A stretch of DNA of 64,000 nt from Raja brachyura (Eukaryota), in NCBI GenBank assembly GCA_963514005.1, contig OY740811.1, positions 32,178,001-32,242,000 on the forward strand, written 5' to 3'. Below the pieces are notes generated by a model. That model was not told the DNA's origin and ran no database searches. It saw only the letters and a list, made by a program, of their open reading frames with translations. Position numbers and translations under genes: made by a program. This document shows, piece by piece, positions 11,544 to 23,538 of this stretch. The stretch's first letter is position 1; each line of letters begins with the position of its first letter.

Positions 11544-12317
11544 AGACACAAAAAGCTGGAGTAACTCAGCGGGACATGCAGCATCTTTGGAGAGATGTAT
11601 CTGGAGAGAGTAGTATACCACTACTGGTCACATCTCCACCCCTTTCTGCTTTCTGCAGGGATCATTCCCTCCGCAACTCCCTGGGCAACTTGTCCCCTCC
11701 ACGGATACTTTCCCCTGTAACCGCAGGAGATGCAACACCTGTCCCTTTACCTCCCCACTCTACTCCATCCAAGGACCCCAACAGTCTTTTTAGGTGAGGC
11801 AGAGGTTCTCTTGCACCTCATCCAACCTCGTCTACTGTATCCGCTGTTCCAGCTGTCAACTTCTCTACATCGGCAAGACCAAGCGCAGGCTCGGTGATCG
11901 TTTCACTGAACACCTCTGCTCTGTCCGCCTCAACCTACCTGATCTCCCGGTTGCTCAGCACTTTAACTCCCCCTCCCATTCCCAATCTGACCTTTCTGTC
12001 TTGGGCCTCCTCCATTGTCAGCGTGAGGCCCAGCGCAAATTGGAGGAACAGGACCTCATATTTAGCTTGGGCAGCTTACACCCCGGCAGTATGAACATTG
12101 ACTTCTCTAACTTCAAATAACTTAACTTTCCCTCTCTCTCCAACCCCTCCCCCTTCCCAATTCTCCAGTCTTACTGTCTCTGACTACATTCTATCTCTGC
12201 CCCGCCCTCTCCCCTAACATCAGTCTGAAGAAGGGTCTCGACCCGAAACATCACCCATTCCTTCTCTCCAGAAATGTTGCCTGTCCCGCTGAGTTACTCC
12301 AGCATTTTGTGTCTACC
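11544..12317 (+). mobile_element. 5'-truncated Penelope-like retroelement with GIY-YIG endonuclease remnant
   Basis: ORF 11794-12120 CTSSNLVYCIRCSSCQLLYIGKTKRRLGDRFTEHL; inverted terminal copy at the 5' end; hammerhead-like core at 12225-12252. Confidence 0.9.
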
Positions 12318-15005
12318 TAGCATTATGTGAAGATGGGATCGGTAATGGTGCATTTCATTGTTGAATAAGTGTGCACTCTTCTTACCTAAATTTGTTTAGA
12401 GATCGGCTTCCTGAATGGATGAACTGTACACGAGTAGCTGTTGATACTTTCAGGAGCAGGTTAAAACTAACATAACTGGAGTATTGTCCCAAAATATTCA
12501 CACACTGACTTGATTAATGAATCCGCAAATTGCACATTGTGGACCATATTCTATGTTGCTATGCAGATTAACTCTAACTCTTAATTTGACTGGCAAAACT
12601 GCTCTTATCCTTCAAAACATTATGTTGTGATGCCAAAAATTCCAATTAAATTTACATCGCAGTGACTCAGCATCTCAAATTTTAAATTTAAGAAACATAA
12701 ACAAAATGCCCAATGATAATCTAATTTTGGTGATTGAAACCCTTGAGTACCTGAACCTAATCGCCATTCTTAATGTGTGAGTTCAGGCAGTGAATCTCTG
12801 CAGCCCGCTTCAAAATAGAAAGGGCACCTGTCTGAAGGGTATCGACAAGTATGGAGTTGCAGTTAAAAAGTTGGTGGATTTGTTGGTTTTACTTATGCAG
12901 TGAGTAGGGGAAAACTGAGTCCAAAGTTAATAACCTGTGACGATCAGCTAAAGTACCAGCTTCTTAACTAAAAATGTGTGGTTTGGCACTACTGAGTCTT
13001 TTGCAAATTAGCTTGTTGGAAATAAGAAGAATTTGTCTAGTATTAGTACCAAACGCAAGGCTTGTTATTGTGTGAAAGACTGAGAGAAGACTGACATGAC
13101 CTATTCATCGCAAAGACGTTAAATGTAAACAACCCTTACTGAGTTTTTAAACAATCCTGCCACTCCTTTCACAGGGAACGTGCCAATACGAGTGCGTTCA
13201 ATTAATTGAAGTCAGAAATTCCTAATCTAGGAAACCCTCCAATAAAATAATTTATGGACCGTGAGATTACTGGTATATTCCTACAATGGCACCTCGGCTC
13301 TTGGGATAAATGTGTGTAAGAGAGAGAGCACTTTGAATAGCTTGAGTGGGTGACAATTGCTGATTAGAGACACAGGTTTATTCTTGAATGTGCACATTTA
13401 TCAAGAGAATTAACACTTAGACAGTAATGTGCAATGTTGTGACCTTGCTCTTGGGTATTACTCTAGTGCAGAAACTAGATGTTATTGATATTCATTCACA
13501 TGTATAGATTTCCTAGTAAGCAACTGGTGGTTTGTTTTGATGACACCACCAAAGCTGTTTAGGTTTAGAATCTTGACACTTAATATTTTTTCAATCTTGT
13601 GGGTTTAAACCCACCACTTCCAGATTTGCATAAGAGTCTCTTGTTATTTTGATTAGTTCCTGCCATGTATATTTAAGCTTGGTTTATTAGTCATCTTTAG
13701 AGATCTTGTAGAGAAATGTGTTTGCATTAAGGTAGAACTTTATATTCAGTTTCTGAAGGATGCAGTTGTGTCTCAAATATTTGCATTATGTGGCCATTTA
13801 AAAAATACATTTGATAAGGTGCCCGGGCTGTTTGATTGGGAACAACTGCACGGATAGATAAATGGTTTATGAATTTACATCAACAGGAATTTTTAGATCT
13901 TCTCTTATTGATGGGGGTGCAATAACAATTCACGCAGGGCCTTGAGCTTTGGCAGCTGGTTCATGATTTGGCATAAAAAGATAGTGTAATGCATACAAAA
14001 CTTGGTGGGAACACCAGATAAGAAGGGCACATGTCTGCCTAAGACATAGCGACAGATTAAGTTTACTCTTCTATCTGTTTGTCTGGAAAAAGGAAATTAT
14101 GTATTAGTATTATTGCAGAAGAAACGTCTATTGACAGATTTAAAAAATGTTTATATATCAATGGCCGCACTGTTCAACTAAAATATCTCTCGTATTAGTA
14201 CTGCAATTGGTTGCTAGCTAAATTGGACCAACACTTTCTGCTACATATATTAGTCATTTTCCTGGATCTGGAGAAGGTTTTCAGAATTTTAGAATACACC
14301 CAGGCTGTTAGTATTGTGTTTGTTTGTTTAATTTAGTAGATTGACTATTACTGGGGAGATATTTGGCCCATGAGACATTATTTCATTCCAAGCTACTTCC
14401 AACAGAACATGTTGCTTGTGCAATTTGATGATCAAAATTTGCCCGAACATGCAAGTTGATGCTTATTCTTTTACTGTTTGCATGTCCTTTTCATATAGTG
14501 TCCTGAAATGGGGGGACTATGTATAAACACTGCTGTAATTTCTACATGGTGAAACCAAAATGTTTAAAAATAGCCTTTATTAAAATCTGACTGTATTTTA
14601 ACCGCGTGATTTTTTTTCTATTACAAATCTCAAATTGTGGATTACAGAGGCAAGTAAATAAATGATGGGTCTTTGTCCCAAACATTCTGGAGGACACTGT
14701 ATCTGCAAAGATGCATTGTGATAATTTATTTTTTTAGTTTTTCAAAACCCTGGATAAAGAAAAGCTGCTTTCATGTGAAACGGCTGATTATATGAGTGTT
14801 ATGGCGGCTTTCTAGTGTTGTATTTTCTCATGCTCTTCTCCAAGTGGAGGGCAGAATTACAACCAACAAATCTTGCTTCAGTTTGAGACTTGTAGAGGTT
14901 GGCTGGCAGGTTTTAATTGTAACTGTGTGATTTTGCTACAGCTGACAGAAAGTAGCAGAAGCTCTGGTTAGTATCTCAAAATGATGAGCTGTTTGGTTTA
15001 TGCAG

Positions 15006-15134
15006 GTAACACTATATAATACGGATCAAGAAGGAAGTGATAGCCCTCGCAGCAGCCTTAACAACAGCCTGTCTGACACAAGTTTAGCGTCCGTCAACCT
15101 GAATAATGTCGGCTCTGTCCACAATTATGCACAG
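15006..15134 (+). CDS. FOXJ3: FOXJ3 coding exon ([43 protein letters not shown])
   Basis: atgcag acceptor, CAG|gtagat donor; 129 nt, phase 0/0. Confidence 0.95.
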
Positions 15135-16019
15135 GTAGATTTTGTTTCCTTGAATAAACTTATGTTTAAAATATAGCTGTTACAATTTATTTTGTATTAT
15201 AGTTATGAACTAGAGTACTCCGAACCTGTCGGGCCCATACTGTGGAAAATAAATTAGAATAATATAACTTTGTTTTTATTCCAATCATGAAATAAATAAA
15301 TGCAATCTGACACCTCGAACACTAATGTATGTCTGAAACTTGCTACCACATGCAGTGCTTGAAGCAAATAGATTTGATGTATTTTAGGAAAAGTTGGCTC
15401 AGTAAAATGAAGGAAAGAAATAGTGTGATGATACAATAAGGCGAAGTATGGTATGATTGGATGGGACATTAATACCAACACGGGTTAGTTGGACAGAATG
15501 TCATTTTCAGAATGTCCTAAAAATGTCAGAGAATTTAAAGTTTTTTCAGCCCCTTGAAATTCCATTTCAAATGAAAGTACTATTTTCATTTATAAAAGGA
15601 ACTATATAAATAAACCGTTTATTTAAAATCGTATTTTTTTTAAATGTGGTGTAAATGAACTCATCATGAATAGGATGCTAGAAATTCTGAAGTATAGCAG
15701 ACCAGGCTACTGACCTGGATGAGAACAATAAATTAACATAATTTATGAGACCCGTATCAAGTTAATTAAAAAAACTTCACAAACACTAACGCCAATACTG
15801 ACATAACCAGTTGCGTGGTTTTATTTGACATGATTTGCAGCATGGTTAAATACTCCTGGAGTATATCCTGCTGTTTAAAGTCTTGTGATTGCAAGATACA
15901 TTTTTTTTTACCGACCAACCACTTCACTCCTATTTGTAGTTGTGCATAATGAGAGTTTTTGATTGGTATATTACTTTGTGGTTTCGGCATTCAAGAACTG
16001 CTTTTATCCATTTGTACAG

Positions 16020-16061
16020 GTGACAAATCGAGCAGATTCAGTCTCACAGAATCTAACGTCA

Positions 16062-16108
<47 letters not shown>

Positions 16109-16230
16109 ACAATACAGCATGCCCGAGAGGGACTCTAAACCACCCTTCTCAGAATACAACTTTGAAGATCTGAGTGCCTCCTTCCGTAGCCTTTACAAAT
16201 CCGTCTTTGAGCAGTCTCTCAGCCAGCAGG
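16020..16230 (+). CDS. FOXJ3: FOXJ3 coding exon with polyQ and [23 protein letters not shown] motif
   Basis: gtacag acceptor, G|gtgagt donor; 211 nt, phase 0/1; FOXJ2/3 conserved motif. Confidence 0.96.
16062..16112 (+). repeat. Coding CAG/CAA repeat, 17 Gln
   Basis: CAA(CAG)9CAA(CAG)4CAACAA. Confidence 0.97.
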
Positions 16231-17339
16231 GTGAGTATGGATTCTGTCACACACGGTTCACGCCTTCCCTATTAAACCTTAAAATATTCTTGTTACTTTA
16301 AAGGTTTTGTCTGTTAAGTTGTGGTAACGTTAACAGTTGAAAATCTTTTACAACTAGTATTAAAATGTTATCTTTTGTACATTTGCTATTATTTGGAAGA
16401 GAGAGGTGAATGATATGCAATGTGGTCAGGCTTTGGAAGGGCACATTTTGGGTTTGTTTAAATCTATATCATGGTTTAGAGCCAATTATTCTTGCCAGGG
16501 CAGTATTATCTACCCGTGTATATTTTTGGGTCTTCCTTCAGCTGTGAAAACCTGATTCAATTCTTCCTTTTACTCTCCCACAAAGGGAGAAGAAGAATGG
16601 CATGGAGGAACAGTCAGCTGTTAATGTGACATATACAAGACGGGATACTATTAAATTAAGTATACAGCAAATAAGGTGAAAACTGGGTCTTTAGTACTTT
16701 TTTTCCTTCTGGGGAAGAGTACTTGCTCTTGGCAACCACCATGGTGATGTGATTGCAATCAGGAGTTTGTTGTGTTGCAAATTGCAGCTGTTTACAATTC
16801 ATTCGAACTAGTATGAAGTTTCCTATAAAGAACTTGGACTTCATGTAAATTACAATTCTGTGACATTGCTATTCGTTGACACTATATTTCCATTTGAGGT
16901 CAAAGTTTTACTTTAAACAAAATGTACTATCACTTTAGCTTAATTATACAACTATCTGTTTTTTCCTATTGAAATCAGTTGGTTGCAAGAATACCACATT
17001 CATGCAAATTGTCCTTTCTTGTTTGATCTAAACTTCACGTACATCATTGTATATGTTTCCCAAATCTAACTCATTGACTCCCAGAACCTTAGTCCTGTGA
17101 ACATTGTAAATACATTGCCTTCCATCTGACGGAGGCACATTTAAAATACAAACCTAGAATTTAGCTAATCATTTTACATCTTGAAATATCATATGTGATG
17201 GACAGTGGTAGATTGTTTGAATTTTTCAGATTTGTGATTAATTGTTATTGCCTATGAATGTTACGAAACAGGGAAGATTCTTTTATTGTTAATACGTAAA
17301 GATTATTATTTCACTAATATAATATCGAACCTCTTTTAG

Positions 17340-17639
17340 GGATGATCAACCTGCCTTCTGAGACTTCACAGCCAACCCACACATCTTGTTCCTACCAGCA
17401 TTCTCCCAACAGTACTGTCAGCACCCATCCGCACAGTGGACAGAACAGCCTGTCCAACAGCCATGCAAGTAGCCTTGGAGGCGGTGGGGGAGGGCCACAG
17501 GTGCAACTGCCGCAACATCAGATCCACCCGCAGCACGCACATCACCAACACCATCAACATCCACAGCATCAGCCGACTCAGCAACACCATCAGCACCACC
17601 ACCACCACCAACAGCAACAACACATGGCCTGTAATATCG
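17340..17639 (+). CDS. FOXJ3: FOXJ3 coding exon, Ser/His/Gln-rich
   Basis: ttttag acceptor, G|gtgagt donor; 300 nt, phase 1/1; [20 protein letters not shown] matches FOXJ3. Confidence 0.95.
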
Positions 17640-17692
17640 GTGAGTCCATTTTTCTTAACTTTGCACTGAAATTTCAGGATAATCTTAATTAT

Positions 17693-17992
17693 AGGGCAGC
17701 ACGAAGGCGCAGCGGTAGATTTGCTGCCTTGACGCACAAGGGAACAGGGTTTGAGCCTGACGACGGGTGTTTGTACGGAGTTTGTACGTTCTCCCTATGA
17801 CCTGCGTGGGTTTTCTCCTGTTTCCTCCCACATTCCAGAGGCATACAGGTTTGTATATTGGCTTGATATAATTGTAAATTGTCCCTGCTGTGTGTGTGTG
17901 TGTGGGATAGTGTAAGTGTGCAGGGATCGTTGGTTGGTGCGGACAAGATGGTCCAATAGGCCTGTTTCCGCCCTGTATCTCTAAACTAAACA
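17693..17992 (+). mobile_element. HE1/V-SINE-like SINE ~55 nt after a FOXJ3 donor
   Basis: tRNA-like head, core, CR1-like tail, ctaaa repeats. Confidence 0.8.
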
Positions 17993-19514
17993 AAACCATT
18001 GTCTTTTGGAAGAGTAAAGAATGGGAACATGTTTGGAGTCTTCCCAGCCCTTTGCCTCCTCCTAGGGGGAAGAAAATGCATTAAAATGCAGTTTCTCAGG
18101 AAGACTATCTAGAGAAGAATGAATTATGCCTGAATATCCTCGTGCCAAACAATCACATGCAACCTCTGTGAGATCCAAAGTAATTTTGTTCCTCTCCATT
18201 TTTCCCTTAATCGTTTGTCCCTTCCTTTACCCAGCAACCCAAAATCTAGCTAGAATGTATCTGATTTGACAGCTGTCCTGCCATCATCAAACTGTTTAGA
18301 CCCACTTTCTAGAGACTTTGGGAAAATAGGCTGGTGCTCCAGTTCCGTACAGTTGGTCATGCCATCCTTCAGAAAATGTACTCTGGCTCTATCGGCCCCC
18401 TCAAATGGATGTTAACAAAATATCGTAGTGCCTCATTATGAAAACGTATGTTAGTATCCCTGTTGTTCTGATTAATTAATATTTTTCTAGCGTTGCTTTA
18501 AATAAAGCTTACCTGATTATTGGTGTTGAAGAAAGTTTTCTGCATGTTAATTGGCTGCTGTGTTTCCAACAACAGTGATGAGACTTCCAAATTACTACTT
18601 TGATTGTAAACTGTTTTGGGACATCCTGAAAGGGCATGAAAGATTATTTGTAAAATTTGTCATCGTACTTGCTCACACCTTTGACCACAAGGTCAGTCAA
18701 TATTTTATTGAATTTGTGCAAAAACTGGGATTTAGTCCCATTGTTAATCAAACCATTACATTTAATGATGTACAATTGACTGGATTGTGATTAGTAAGAA
18801 GACAATTGACATTCGTAACAGTTGCACTTTTGTACCCTTAACTGCTGATAAATTGGCTGTTCAAGCAACTTGAAAAAATTAACTCTCTAAGTTATATTAT
18901 AAGACACATCATTTCAGTTTCTGTGACCCTGGGCCTATTGATTTAATTCTGCTCACTGAACTCTGTCAGTCACTGATAGTGGTGGGGACAAGTTAGTGAA
19001 TATTGTTTTACATCTTGCTGCAATTGGATACACCACGCTGAAAATGGTGGTTAAAGACCCCCCCCCCTTTAAAATATCAAGGATTTTAATTAATTTGTAC
19101 ATTTGTTTTGTTGGAAGCATTAAGCAAACAAGTCATTGTGTTTGATAATATTCAAAATGAGAACAGAAGTAGGTCAATAAGCATATTGTATTCATTAAAA
19201 TCATTACTGGTGCTCTGCCTTGAGATCGCTTTCCATTCCAAGTGTAACATTCCTGATTCCCTTGTTAAAAATCTATAGCCTTGAATAAATGCAGCTGTTG
19301 AATATTTACATCACTCTAAGAAGTGAATTCCTGACATTTACAATCCTTGTAAAACAATCAAATTATGTTTGTGCTCAAATCTACACGAACAGTGAACTAA
19401 TTAAGTTGATAAAATGTTGATAGAGAGAATGGCTTTGATTTTTCAATGTTACTAATCATATTTAGCATGAACCCTTGTTGTTCTAATGCTCTGATGGATT
19501 TATGACTGTTGTAG

Positions 19515-19616
19515 GCATCCCTTCTGATTGGTGCATGAATCTGGATACTCTGAAGGAGAGTTTCCGTATTGCTAGCAGTTTCAATTGGTCTGACGTGGAT
19601 CTCTCCCAGTTCCAAG
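19515..19616 (+). CDS. FOXJ3: FOXJ3 coding exon ([34 protein letters not shown])
   Basis: ttgtag acceptor, AAG|gtaagt donor; 102 nt, phase 1/1. Confidence 0.96.
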
Positions 19617-19952
19617 GTAAGTCATTGGTAATGGGGACCATGGGCCAAATGGAGCTGTCCAAGGTGCAGCTGCTTCCTGTAAGCGGATAGATCGAAATGA
19701 AGACCTGCCAATTAAAAAATATAACAAAACCCAGAAGTTCTGTAGAACTCCTTAGACCAACACAGTGTTATAGTTGGGCACATTGTACATTAGGGCACAT
19801 TCTTTTAGCTGTGGGCGGTTAAGGCATAGTTGTTTTGGCTATAATGTTATACAATTTGAGTATTGCAATAAGTTGTAGGGAAGAAATATTTGATGGTAAA
19901 GTCTCACTCATGAATGTAATATCTTGCAAGTAAACATTTAGTTCTGGTCTCT

Positions 19953-20302
19953 AGGGTAAGCTGGAGTAACTCAGTGGGACAGGCAGCATCTCTGGAGCGA
20001 AGGAATGGGTGACATTTTGGGTCGAGACCCATCTTCAATCTGATGGATTTATGACTGTTGTAGTCTTTCCTTCTGATTAGTGCATGATTGTGGACACAAT
20101 GAAGGAGAGTTTCCGTATTGCTAGCAGTTCAACCGGTCTGATGTGTTTCTCCCCCAGTTCCAAGGTAAGTCATTCAGTCTGAAGAAGGGTCTGGACCTGA
20201 AAAGTCCTTCTCTCCAGAGATGCCTCCTGTCCCGCTGAGTTACTCCAGCATTTTGTGTCTACCTTCGATTTAAACCAGCATCTGCAGTTCTTTCCTACAC
20301 AC
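19953..20302. mobile_element. Penelope-derived fold-back element enclosing a host exon copy
   Basis: Inverted arms ~19959-20037 / 20175-20250; 14-bp TSD tagttctggtctct (19939-19952 / 20303-20316). Confidence 0.9.
20039..20174 (+). pseudogene. Degenerate duplicate of FOXJ3 exon 19515-19616 with intron flanks
   Basis: Aligns to 19490-19626; TGG>TAG at 20078-20080 and a 1-nt deletion; AG and GTAAGT retained. Confidence 0.93.
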
Positions 20303-20607
20303 TAGTTCTGGTCTCTCTCAGGCTCTGAAATTATTGGGTTAATCTGTTTGTCAAAATGACCACACATTCAAAAACCAACCTGATCCTGTGCACACAAATT
20401 TGGCTGATAGCCTTCTTCCTCAATGTGTGTAACTGAATTAGGGATGAGCAATTTAATTTTAATTTTGTTTTGTTAAACCTTTTGTTTATGTTGCTATAAT
20501 TTTCTTTGGATACCTGCTTTGCCTCTCAGGCTGTGGACCCATTGGTTCTTTAGCCTCGTGTTTCCCTGGTTTTCTCCTTAACGCTCTGTCGTGCCTTTTA
20601 TCCGCAG

Positions 20608-20799
20608 GTCTGATGGAGAGTATGAAACAGGCGGATCTCAATAACTGGTCACTCGATCCCGTTCAGTTTGCGGACTTGTGTTCTTCCCTAAACCAGTTCT
20701 TCACACAAACTGGGCTGATCCAGTCACAAGGGAACATGCAGCCCACTGTTTGTCACAACACAATGCATACGCAGAAACCAAACCAGCACATCAGTACAG
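20608..20799 (+). CDS. FOXJ3: FOXJ3 coding exon ([36 protein letters not shown]...HIST)
   Basis: ccgcag acceptor, CAG|gtatag donor; 192 nt, phase 1/1. Confidence 0.96.
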
Positions 20800-23433
20800 G
20801 TATAGACTCCAAACAAGTAGAGCTAGTTACAACTTTTTAATTTAGCGATAAGGTATTCACACGGTGAAGCTTTAAAGATGGTTAACCTTTTGTTTGTTAG
20901 GCCATGGCAATTCAGTAAATTGTTGTACAGAGTTCGCCCACAGCAGAAAAATTGCGAAGCAGGCCACCTTTGCTTTAAATTTCTGTTCACTTTTTATACG
21001 TTTTGATTATTTTGGAAGGACAGGGAAAGCAGCCATCGTTGTTGTGCAAAGGATACGAGTTTGGTTTTATCAGCCTCTGAATATCACTCATTGCAAACCT
21101 GATTGCAAAATATATTGCATCCTTGAAAACAAATTAGCAGGACTATCAATATGCCCTAGGTGAACTTTAACACGGTGCTTCTGTTTGGTTCTCGAAATGA
21201 ATGAAAAGAGGGTGTGGTGAAAATGAACTCAACTTGCAAAAAAAAACAACCAGATTTTCAACCTGGTTTCTAATGATTTGGGTCAACAGTTTTAGTGAAG
21301 CAACAAAATAGAAATCTGAAATGTGCCACACATTACATTACTTGTTAACAACATGCTTGCAATTCAGCTGAACCTGCTGACGCTCTCCCCTATTCTCTAA
21401 CTTCTAACCTACAATTTATGTTTACAGCTTTCTGCTATCCAAGTTTAGCACCTACTGATTGTAACAGTCTTTTGAAATTAACTGCTTTTATTTTAATTGT
21501 TAACAGCTTCTCTGCTCTGTTTCCATTGACCAACATTCTTTTAATTCTTGCAGGTTCCTCCAAGCTTAACGTCCCGCAGTTTTGCTTCCTATTTTTGGCC
21601 ATTTTGTTGTCCCTTTCACAGCTCATCTGCCCTTCAGTAGCTCACACTATCTATTTGCAGCTGTTTTGTGGCTTTTTCATTCCACTGTCCATTGCTTTCT
21701 AATTACTTCTGACAGCTTTTCTGCTTTCAGTTTGTGGGTTTTGCTTTGTGGGCAACTGCTTTCTCCTTTCTCAATTAACTATTTGCCAACAGGTTTCGTG
21801 GGTATTATTTCCTATGCTGTTCTAAACTCTCAAAATTAATGATGTAGTGCAACACGGCATGGATAATCTGTCCACTAAGAGGCCAAAAAGAGAATCTACA
21901 AAAAATGCAGTTCAATCTCAGTATTTAAAGCTGGTACATTTTGATGCCTCACTTTAAGTACCCGTGTCATGTACACCCCCTTCAATTCCCTGTATGGTCT
22001 TAGCCGAAGAGAGAAGGCAATAATTGGCTTCAATATACTACAGTTCTAGAAATAAAATTAATTTAGGAATTCTAAAAGAAACTCCACTTCTCTACTGACC
22101 ACAGGATTGCTGAGTTATTGAGGGGAGAGGGAGAGAGAGAGGGGGAGAGGGAGGGGGAGAAAAGGATGTGGTACAGTTGAATTGCTGACTGCTCCTCACA
22201 CATGAGCAATGAATGAGCACACTGGTACATTTCTATTGGGCTAATTGCTTTGTCTGCACGCAAGTGGTATTTGGCTTGACTTGTGATTCAATCATCCACA
22301 AGATGTGAGTATAGATCTGTGTCCTGAATTGTTATCCCTCCCTGTAGGTAATCGTCTCACAACTTCCCTACACCTACCTGCAGCACCGCTGCACACTTGC
22401 CCTCACTCATCCCCTTGTCTACATTTCTGAAACAAAACGTGTATGTTATTTCAGAATCCAAAAGTGCACCCGCTCTGCGGTTGACGGTTTCGTAATTGGG
22501 TTCCGTGAAACAAGATTGCCATGAGCTTAACACCTAGTGAAAGTGACTGTCGAGTATTTTTTTTAAATATATAGAAATACAGTAGTTTAAGTAGAAATGT
22601 TGAAGGACATTTATTCCTTTGATCTTTTCTAAAGAAACCTTTTGCTTTAAATTGAGCAAGTTTGGTGTTGGGATATGGAATGCTTGTCTTGTTTTGGTTT
22701 TACTCTTGGGTATACCAACAAACCAAGAGCAGAGTAGAGCAATATCCGGAGGAGCTTGCATTCATCATCTCTGTTGCATTCTCCCATGGGTCATGTGTGT
22801 AATCTTTGCAATTTGAGAGGCACACTTCAAAGTGTTTGAGTATAATTTTGACATTTGGAGCAGAATTGAATCGGACTAAACTCATTTCACAAGGACCTCT
22901 TAAATCTCAGAGGAGACTCTGACCTGCTGGTAAGATCGCATTGAGGCGCAGGCTCAAAGATGAAAGTGCAGCACATTTCTTGTGTATTTTTGGTTTGCAT
23001 CTTATTCCAAATTTAAAACCAACTCGTATGTGATAGAAATAAGCAAAAGGTATTAGCATTAATCTGGTTCTTCAGCGGGACATTAAACTAATATTTTCCA
23101 TCATCAAATTTTGTGTAACATTGGAAAAAACGAATGAATGACTATTTTAGAGTTACATTAATTAGTCTTCACAAACAAAGTGACCAGAAAGAAAACCTTT
23201 AGTTGCTCTCCAGCTTGTCTTCCAGAAAGAAATGTAATTGTTATAGGTGATTAGAAATAACACGCAAGTCTTCAGTTCTTTGTTTCCTTAAACTGCTCTT
23301 CTTTTAAGGATCAGGTCTTGTATATATTCATTTGGATCTGACCATGATGCTGGCTCTGGTTGTTTCAGACTGTTGGTGTGTTTACTTGCACTGAAGTGGT
23401 GATTTCTCACTGCTGCACCACTTTCTCACACAG

Positions 23434-23538
23434 GAAGCTTGTACATTGACTCCAGACAAAACCTTCCTGCTTCAATGATGGGGCCCCCTGGGTACCCCCA
23501 TCTCCCACCTCTCAGTACCCCAGGACCAGCCATGACAG
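23434..23538 (+). CDS. FOXJ3: FOXJ3 coding exon ([35 protein letters not shown])
   Basis: acacag acceptor, CAG|gtaatt donor; 105 nt, phase 1/1. Confidence 0.95.

Noticed and set aside
11794-12120. Domesticated GIY-YIG nuclease gene
   Set aside because: Embedded in a truncated Penelope copy with disrupted upstream frame and a non-ATG start.
17366-17737. 123-aa antisense hydrophobic ORF
   Set aside because: Reverse-strand shadow of the CAC/CAG-rich FOXJ3 exon.
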